43,451 bases of DNA. Origin: an uncultured Planctomycetia bacterium. Its GTDB lineage: Bacteria; Omnitrophota; Gorgyraeia; 2-02-FULL-51-18. A program made the translations under genes and the position numbers. The notes under the pieces were generated by a model that did not search any database, had not been told where the DNA came from, and saw nothing but the letters and a program-made list of their open reading frames with translations. Of the stretch, positions 17,501-22,847 are shown one piece after another; positions within the stretch are counted from its first letter, which is position 1, and the number at the start of each line of letters is the position of its first letter. Where the stretch lies: positions 1-43,451 of the forward strand of contig CAZJAX010000002.1 of the NCBI GenBank assembly GCA_964543965.1. Direction: 5' to 3'.

Positions 17501-20500
17501 TCCTGCTTTTGAAGAGAATCAAGGCCGAGGTGCCCGCAAACGCCGCGTTCAGCGAATTTCTCTCAGAGCTCGACAAAGCGATCACGATGACGAGCGGCGC
17601 GCGTCTGAGCGCCGGCACCGATGATCCTTTGAAAGGCGCCGTCATTATCCGCTATGCCGACAGTTACAACACGCCGGGCGGCGTCAGCACGTATCTGCGG
17701 GATCTCAACCAGGGTATTTTGAGCGCACACGACGTGACTATCTACCAATTTCATCCGATCACCGGTAAGGAACTTATCAAGAAAACCTATGGAGAGATCG
17801 AGACTATCGGCAAGGGACGCATTATCCACATGCCGATCGACATGGGCGCTGTATTAACCGCGCCGTCAGACGCTGAGGCTCCCGTGGCGGCTGCGGGGGG
17901 CGTCCGGTCAAAGATCGGGTATTTCGTCCGCAACTTCGTGAATAAGAATCTGAAGGATTTCCTGCGTTATCTTTTATTCCTTCCTGAAATGCTTCCGATC
18001 ACGAAGCGGCTTCCCGTCGTCGGAGAGCGCGCAAGGAAGATCCTTCGTACCCGCGAAGCCTTTTCGGCCGGCCTCGATACGCTGCGAGCGTCCATAGCCG
18101 GAAAAAAAGTCCTTTTCATCAACCATAGCCCTGAAAATCCGCTTTCGCTTTCGCTGGGCAGGGAAGTGCAGCGCCGGAGTATCCCGGCGGCCTATCAGCT
18201 CCACGGCGGACCCGAGTTTTCAGACCGTCAGATCCTGAAGGTCCTTTCGAGGACTTCAAAACCTTCGGGCGTGACGCTGAGAAACCTGCGCTCCGCGATG
18301 GGGTATCGGGCTGAGAATCTGGCAGACGGCATCGACACTGATTTTTTTGATCCGGCGGCCTCCGCTTCGGAAAAGGGATCCTTCAGGCGGTCGCGCGGTC
18401 TCGATCCGGCCGCACCCCTGATCCTGCTGCCTTCGCGAATCACGCGAAACAAAGGCCACGATGTGCTGGAAAAAGCTTTTTTCGAGATCATGCGGCAGGC
18501 AAGGGATACCGGAAGACCTCTGCCTATACTGGTTTTTGCCGGAGACTCTGACGGTGAATTCGCTCCTGAGCTTAAACGCTTTGCCGAAGATCGCGGGATC
18601 GCGGATAGGGTAGTTTTCACCGGCAACCTTGCCGCAGACGAGCTGCGGAGGGCCTATCTTGACGCGGATGTGATGGTGCTGCCGAGCAAAGGCGAGGGTC
18701 TGCCGCGCGTGATCCTCGAGGCGCAGTCCATGCAGGTTCCCGTTGTGGCGACGGACGCCGGCGGTTCGCGTGAGGGTCTCGTGAACGGCCGTACCGGCTA
18801 TCTGGTGAGGATCGGTGATGCGGACAGCATGGCCAGACGGATCGCGGAGCTTTTGAACGACCCCGCAAAACGAGGCGAATTCGGCCGCGCCGGACGCCGT
18901 TATGTCTCCGAGAATTATTCTTTGAATACGCTGGTCGATAGGCATGCCGCATTTTATTTGAGATCCATGGGCGACGGTTCGCGCCTGGCCGCCAGCGTCA
19001 GCGAACAGCGTTTGCCGGCGGATCTGCCCAAGGATGCATTTATTTTGGTTCCGGTTTTCAACGAAGAGAAACGTTTGTCCAGGATCATCCAGAAGGCCCG
19101 CGAAGGAGGTTATCTCGACCGTGTAATTTTTGTCAACGACGCTTCATCGGACCGGAGCCTGGAGTATATAAAAAGCGTTCCCGACGCATTTTATGTGAGC
19201 TTCTCATCGAATCAGCAAAAAGAAGGCGCGCTTGCGGCTTCCCTGGATCACTTGGAGGCGGAGTATGTCCGCCGGTCGGTGCCGTTCCCGGCCTATTTTG
19301 CCGCCGTCGATGGAGATACGTATCTGGAGCCTACGTCGGGAGATTCTTCTGTGATCCGTGAACTTATGCTGGCCGCGGCTCAAATGAGGACCGAAGACCT
19401 CAAGGCCATGAGCTTCCGCATACGAGCGGATCTAGACACGTCTTCGACAGCCATGCAGTGGGTGCAGGCAGTTGATTGGGCGATTTCCGGCGGCAGGAGT
19501 ATTCCGGGCGGCGGCACGATCTACGACGCCGCTGTATTTAGAGAAAGCATCAAAGCCTCCAAAAAGGGATTTTTCTCACGTCCGATCGAACTTAAACGAT
19601 GGTTTAAGGAGAACGGGTACAAGATCGGGCGCGCATTCCAGGGGTTAACGGCAAAGACCGAAGTTGAGACGACGCTGAAAAGGTTTATCCGGGAGAGAGG
19701 CAAGTGGGCCTACGGATTTCAAGAGTGGTATGGCAGAGCCGTATTCGCGGCGATCGTTCTCGCGGTCGACCTTATCTTCGGGTTCATCTTGTTTCACGAC
19801 GGGATCTTTAGCGGTTCGGCAGCAGGGACCATCCTGCTTTCTGCGGTGTTGACGGGAGCGTCTCTGAGTCTTTGGAAAATATGGCGGGGAATAAAAGCAT
19901 TATTTTATTTGACCGGATGGTTTGGCAGGCCCAGCTCGCCTAAAGCTGGGCGTATGGACATCCTGCTTCTTTTCCTTCCGCTCACCTTCGCCACTTTGCT
20001 GGTCTACACGCTTTATTCCCACAGAGCGCTCTTTCTTGATTATTACACCTCTCCGCCGAAGAGGCCGGACACGGACGAGTCTGACGCAGAAGGCGCGCGT
20101 CTTGCGGGGGGCAGCGCTGCCGAGCAGCGGCGCTATCGTGCGCTCTTCCGGCAGGTCATGAATCTCTTGGACATGACGGACCGTGCGGACGTCAAATTGA
20201 AATTCAACGCCGTGAAGCGTCTCCGGCAGCTTCAGGCTGCGGGACGGCGCCGGCGGCTGGACGGCCGCATCGCGGCGCCCATCGAGCTCATTATCGGACA
20301 TCTTAAGAACGGCCATATCTGGCCATCGCGCCAGATTTCCGTCGCCTATTTCCTCCTTCGTGTTTCCCGAGAGGATTTCGGCCGCTCTGTCCGCATGCTT
20401 TTGGGCGTCATCCGATATGACGAACAGATGCACCAAGATCCGAGCCGTGGCGCCGTCAGAGACATCGCCGCGGAACTTCTGAAGAAGATCGCTCTCGATT

Positions 20501-22794
20501 CGGCCAACCAGCGGAATCAGAATAAATATAAGACCATTCTCTCGATCCTGGATGAAGAGCTTGCTGTGTCGAGCGGAACATCCGAGCATGGACGCAGGCT
20601 GACGAATATAGCCTCGATCATCCGCTCTTACGATAAGTCCGGCGCACGTCTGGCGGCCGGCCGCAGTTATATTTCCGGGGGTAAAAACGTGGACCCCGCA
20701 TCGGCGGAAACGGACGCGCATGATGATTTTTTCAGAACAAGCGCGCTGGATCCCTCGGGCACGTTTTCAAAAAGGATACGGGTCGAGCCGCTTACGCCGG
20801 GAGGATCCGACCGGCAGGATCCGCAGATCCCCGGCGGGAACGCGGCGAAATTCGTAAGCGGGCTTCCTGCGCGCTCGCGGGACGCTCTGAGAAAGATCTT
20901 AAGCCGCGCGGCGCGGTCCTCCGGCGACCTTCCTGTTCTTCGGATCTTGCCGGACGAAAGCGGGACGCTGGCGCTGGATCTCGAGCTCTATGACCGGACG
21001 CCTTTCGAAAATTTTGAAGGTGGTTTTGAGACCGAAAAGCGGGGCATCTACTTGGGCGGCGGCTATATCCGCATCGAAAGATTCAGCAGCGCCAGACACT
21101 TGATCCGGATACGTTTTCCGAAAGCTCCGGTCATCCGGATGGCTGGCTGGACTTCCTGGAAGGATATCGAAAAGGCAAGCGACCGGTGGAAGGGCGAGGA
21201 TGCCGGCAGCGCCAGCGGCCTCACTGCGGAGCATCTGATGTATGCTTTCGATTTCGGGAATCCGGACCGCGTCATCCGGGAAACCGCCCCTGATTTTTCC
21301 CCTAAAAGCGCCGCGGTGATCGGCGCCTACAAAAATTCCGCGGATATCCTGCGCCTGCTGAAAACGTTCCCGTCGCTCGAAGAGATCCATCTTCTGGATA
21401 TCGACGGCTATTCGAAAGCGTTCTTTGAGCTTGAGGAGGACCTTGAGCGGCTCAGACGCGAGGAAGCGGCCGTATTCCCGAAGATCTACGGCTATCGCGG
21501 GACGATCGTCGAAGCGCCGTCCAAGCTTTCCGGCAAGATCGATCTGGTCTACGATAAGTATGTCTTTGCCGACTCCTATTTTTCGCGCAGCCAGCTTTTG
21601 CAGAGCGGGCGGGAGATCCAGCGGCTTCTGCGGGACGGCGGCGTCCATATTTCCGGGGGCAATGCTCACCGTTTCACGGAGGATCTTTATGCCGGATCGC
21701 GGATGAAGATGCTGGCCGATGAGGGCGATTACACGGTCTATTTCAAGCGGCAGACGAAAGAAGAAAAGGACGCGGGCGCCCGTCTTGCGGATCAAGGACG
21801 CCTTACCGAAGCGGAGAAGCAGGATCTCAAGCTCTATCTAGCCGCGATCTCAAAGGAGAACGCCGCGCCTGTGGAAGCAGGAAAACATTTCGCGGTACAG
21901 TTTGGCGCCGGCGTTTTTGAATTTCGCCCTTCGCGCGGGGCGGGCGGATCGCTGGATGTGTACCTGGCCGGCCGATCCGGCGCGGAACCTGTCGTCAGTC
22001 TGACGGCGGATGATATCAGCCGGCTGCTCGAGCTCCGCAGGACAAACCCAGGTTCATTGAAACAGGATCTCGTGCAGGGCGCGATGACGGCTATCAAGCT
22101 GCATGACCAGGCCGTGCTTGCAGCTTCCGCTGTCGAAGATCTTAACGCCGGCTATCCGGTGAACATCGCGTTTCCTATGAGCATCTTCAGCGACCTTGAG
22201 GGCGATGAGCTCGACGCGCAGATCCGCTTCCAATTTCTGAGGCTGCAGGAATTTCATAAAACGAAGTACGGCCGCAGCACGACATTTTATCTGTACGGCG
22301 CGCCGGAACACCGTGTTCTCGAGGCCGTGCAGCAAAACATCGAGCCGTTCTCGGGCTTCATCCGCCTAGGGCGCCCCGAGCACGCAGTCGTTTACGTCGA
22401 CACGGATGAGAATGCGCTGCCGGCGCTGGCCGCCTCTCAGCTTTCGCTGCCGACAGGAAAGATCCCGAAGAAGGGCGTGGGCAACCTATGGGCGCTGGCG
22501 GCGCAGGGCCTGCGCGGATGGCACGACGCTTCCGCGGGCGGCATATTCGCGGCCGATACGCTCGTCCCCGGCGACATCAAGAGCTCGTCGCTCAACAGTT
22601 ACAACACGCTGGCCATCGCCAGCGTCGATGCAGCCGGATATGCGGCGATCGCGGGCCACAAAGAAAGCGCAGGCGAAAGCGTGCTCGGGCGAATGAAAAA
22701 ACATTTACTCCGGGGCTACATCCCGATGCCGGTGGACATCGACGCATCGATGGTCATCGCAGCGCTGATACGTATGAGCGAACGCTCCGCCTGA
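11542..22794 (+). CDS. Giant multidomain protein (3750 aa): N-terminal anchor, TraB/GumN-like module, unknown module, HD-GYP, kinase-like(?) module, GT4, GT2 with TM helices, helical module, Rossmann MTase-like module, C-terminal module
   Basis: Uninterrupted 11,253-nt ORF. The TTG start lies 6 nt after GAGGT. Domain motifs are listed in the sub-features. The first ~540 aa are paralogous to ORF 25356..31457. Confidence 0.9.
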   Translation: MGKYCPFLKVISIVLVIAFMTQDAAISAPEVMRVAERYAERRPDIEWARRLLPAIPESVAAIEDAWNGGGRRTVLLVQDAHTNNSAQLNEAALLDILYSQTEDLSRRLYLEAGSGDESISFFRSYAEAEKRRRVARNFLLQAKLQGVEYLDLTSGHDFVLYGVEDMTLYERSVELYRAISGKREKLKNYLDRVENTAEALKPRLLNPFLLAFDRTRLKYARQEISTTEYFGLLAAQAKRIGLPFEYPHLKTLNKLREAEQRIDFRKASEEEHRALLSLRDEDRLQAQELLKAPSKHGQRNDTAFFHLLKDKIADLPLYPNLSLYLDYLKEAESLNSKEILKEQRSLEEAIAKALTVHADETALMKAVEHVQALKQLLYLKFTPDDYESYKKNRGASGIRGLTGFLNRKIMDGKEHYDKTLFLEEGYDEAVRECESFYELTRERDRAFLANMTAADDGKPLRVLVAGGYHTSNLKELLKKQGTSYISLMPQVFSETNMERYEEILLGQKSVFGKTSIPAAGSANMTRRQTLTPAGAARLAEALDLSEAQTREVLASAAAKGSGENLPAPGARLAAPGEIPQKKAEAAASRPEIIRRSEDRLRAALLQKGSLDLFVGELDAALRSKLHRFAFHAQIDKLVSDNLNTQPSLATALHWKIEALKQEIQERRFEAVKGIMYRDIIQFYEGDKWGIGDVWNRMRTLDQGRITLDYNMLSKQRYGMQLREPGDLSDEDWEGAIEKILSDRSDGSVLIQSLRGVTGRDWLAAADIAAPIHVMRVQEGLFQGVFLVLAPLGDGSFVPFILMLAKNTKEKSGIVAEEFRRLAPFSSKEGIVHVMRSGSVPVKAAADSGQLAFYTSRFLDHHDEVILIFSKEKPDDLSRVKVRFNSNFFWRGYDFEKDERVNELAGMISLFVYFSEPQNGTMIDGFSIGAGDANHNELYEPGSALPERKHPHTLIAYRGSVPTDIPGFISELFGLRYLDTYFEDWSSADPATKQILYRKRESDWVPSFIIDAVLEALKRGLIRKYGETDGPLIARQWLEHYLNQIRRRPELEPVTVSPRTHVLTSPKKPIFTRARIERFIREELTPGARLASDAEIYGRMLAFDARIVPLQQKADLLERRIESEEGSAHAFLPDGHPLIKQLRDVRADLAAAHLELKAEIQAYIKEPAADAADPDAAGDRNERAAVYDVFVGFQERTYESQRRIWTINRRLAQFARKMGVSTPHFTRLEKAADPHWTMDHILRVTMRAILVAHEYGLRGKELKELALGAMIHDLGKTKTSKYLLNAVPAEMPEGGYDEIRKHVMTGGVLFREAYLYFEYLKRRTEILAAVQRRVSGWIYRLWDRLESVAGWDIYTGIKGSLPLTVGPINKVLWDIGDISRLIEIPELEDILKALRTDSSLYRRVSQIILEHHETLNATGYPDRIKNENPISHIVQLADIHDAARSPRPYKRTRPKSWEEISDISAQFSRSSGVLFLPAAVDAWKRVAWDKSVIGARLSDERADEKNDWSGWKGVEFLRLKQELAGSLSERDRALLKDILTSEYGMNADKLADLIKREPGKVYIKSDEIDPTWGEGRKVYLELDAESQRNLGKKVLALKGVRPQYDETGEALPYDDFISLGLDRRPLVIRDGMLAVGTPVIAPKGGMAEKRAELEYDEMETAAVEAGFGTETAMALGYFSGKNFRGQRLAFVISALDGTDERLAIAPGRSRNGEDPVRVLHASNMKDGNGTRFSLPTSLEFMKAIGKALRAYHFRENQSRASGSPVRRFHRYPHFGNLEIVRDADLNVIRVNIHDLDTTLRSEDLGAADADPEFLETGHRIIDLLMIIYLLNMESSMVPSSESSAELTSAFLEGYFYDSEIKSARFQTMLAALQNPLLHRMVDMLKTKHFGINTDLFGPLGEHHPLLGGLWRELSELRGREDRSISAARLAVDRDALSAQFSVLDNQIDRSKRLLVSSDDGGLKFVDTTRGRLDYAKNLLRDGDVYDLLLLLKRIKAEVPANAAFSEFLSELDKAITMTSGARLSAGTDDPLKGAVIIRYADSYNTPGGVSTYLRDLNQGILSAHDVTIYQFHPITGKELIKKTYGEIETIGKGRIIHMPIDMGAVLTAPSDAEAPVAAAGGVRSKIGYFVRNFVNKNLKDFLRYLLFLPEMLPITKRLPVVGERARKILRTREAFSAGLDTLRASIAGKKVLFINHSPENPLSLSLGREVQRRSIPAAYQLHGGPEFSDRQILKVLSRTSKPSGVTLRNLRSAMGYRAENLADGIDTDFFDPAASASEKGSFRRSRGLDPAAPLILLPSRITRNKGHDVLEKAFFEIMRQARDTGRPLPILVFAGDSDGEFAPELKRFAEDRGIADRVVFTGNLAADELRRAYLDADVMVLPSKGEGLPRVILEAQSMQVPVVATDAGGSREGLVNGRTGYLVRIGDADSMARRIAELLNDPAKRGEFGRAGRRYVSENYSLNTLVDRHAAFYLRSMGDGSRLAASVSEQRLPADLPKDAFILVPVFNEEKRLSRIIQKAREGGYLDRVIFVNDASSDRSLEYIKSVPDAFYVSFSSNQQKEGALAASLDHLEAEYVRRSVPFPAYFAAVDGDTYLEPTSGDSSVIRELMLAAAQMRTEDLKAMSFRIRADLDTSSTAMQWVQAVDWAISGGRSIPGGGTIYDAAVFRESIKASKKGFFSRPIELKRWFKENGYKIGRAFQGLTAKTEVETTLKRFIRERGKWAYGFQEWYGRAVFAAIVLAVDLIFGFILFHDGIFSGSAAGTILLSAVLTGASLSLWKIWRGIKALFYLTGWFGRPSSPKAGRMDILLLFLPLTFATLLVYTLYSHRALFLDYYTSPPKRPDTDESDAEGARLAGGSAAEQRRYRALFRQVMNLLDMTDRADVKLKFNAVKRLRQLQAAGRRRRLDGRIAAPIELIIGHLKNGHIWPSRQISVAYFLLRVSREDFGRSVRMLLGVIRYDEQMHQDPSRGAVRDIAAELLKKIALDSANQRNQNKYKTILSILDEELAVSSGTSEHGRRLTNIASIIRSYDKSGARLAAGRSYISGGKNVDPASAETDAHDDFFRTSALDPSGTFSKRIRVEPLTPGGSDRQDPQIPGGNAAKFVSGLPARSRDALRKILSRAARSSGDLPVLRILPDESGTLALDLELYDRTPFENFEGGFETEKRGIYLGGGYIRIERFSSARHLIRIRFPKAPVIRMAGWTSWKDIEKASDRWKGEDAGSASGLTAEHLMYAFDFGNPDRVIRETAPDFSPKSAAVIGAYKNSADILRLLKTFPSLEEIHLLDIDGYSKAFFELEEDLERLRREEAAVFPKIYGYRGTIVEAPSKLSGKIDLVYDKYVFADSYFSRSQLLQSGREIQRLLRDGGVHISGGNAHRFTEDLYAGSRMKMLADEGDYTVYFKRQTKEEKDAGARLADQGRLTEAEKQDLKLYLAAISKENAAPVEAGKHFAVQFGAGVFEFRPSRGAGGSLDVYLAGRSGAEPVVSLTADDISRLLELRRTNPGSLKQDLVQGAMTAIKLHDQAVLAASAVEDLNAGYPVNIAFPMSIFSDLEGDELDAQIRFQFLRLQEFHKTKYGRSTTFYLYGAPEHRVLEAVQQNIEPFSGFIRLGRPEHAVVYVDTDENALPALAASQLSLPTGKIPKKGVGNLWALAAQGLRGWHDASAGGIFAADTLVPGDIKSSSLNSYNTLAIASVDAAGYAAIAGHKESAGESVLGRMKKHLLRGYIPMPVDIDASMVIAALIRMSERSA
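11749..13041 (+). other. N-terminal module of giant ORF 1, TraB/GumN/Tiki-superfamily-like with a large helical insertion
   Basis: TVLLVQDAHTN (aa 73-83), YLEAGSGDE (aa 109-117) and RERDRAFLANM...LRVLVAGGYHTSNLKELLKKQGTSY (aa 441-484). The last block resembles the ERNxxW....VAVGAGHLxG..G....L...GY block of TraB/GumN. Confidence 0.4.
15214..15951 (+). other. HD-GYP domain (c-di-GMP phosphodiesterase family) inside giant ORF 1
   Basis: MIHDLGKTKTS (H1271 D1272), IRKHVMTG, ILEHHETLNATGYPDRI (G1418 Y1419 P1420) and IVQLADIHDA. Confidence 0.8.
17632..18957 (+). other. GT4-type (GT-B fold) glycosyltransferase domain inside giant ORF 1
   Basis: LLPSRITRNKGHDVL and VLPSKGEGLPRVILEAQSMQVPVVATDAGGSREGLVNGRTGYLV carry the E-x7-E region of retaining GT4 enzymes. 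Confidence 0.8.
19036..20040 (+). other. GT2 domain of processive-synthase type followed by 3-4 TM helices, inside giant ORF 1
   Basis: FILVPVFNEEKRL, VIFVNDASSDRS, AAVDGDTY (DxD) and RERGKWAYG (resembles Q/RxxRW). These are followed by the hydrophobic helices AVFAAIVLAVDLIFGFILF, AAGTILLSAVLTGASLSLW and MDILLLFLPLTFATLLVYTLY. Confidence 0.65.
21310..21665 (+). other. Rossmann-fold, class I methyltransferase-like module inside giant ORF 1
   Basis: AAVIGAYKNS (degenerate motif I), EIHLLDIDG (motif II acidic), KIDLVYDKYVF and QRLLRDGGVHISG match the methyltransferase order, but motif I is atypical. Confidence 0.35.
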
Positions 22795-22847
22795 GCCGCG
22801 GCAGGATTTTGGTGGTGCTTTGAATCGCAGATGATAGAATCGATCAC

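Noticed and set aside
11542-22794. The giant ORF as an assembly or frameshift artefact that fuses separate genes
   Set aside because: The 11.25 kb has no stop codon. The junctions encode a conserved peptide with varied codons rather than RBS/start/stop remnants. A second ORF with the same head and junction motif exists in the same contig. Read-level validation is still advisable.
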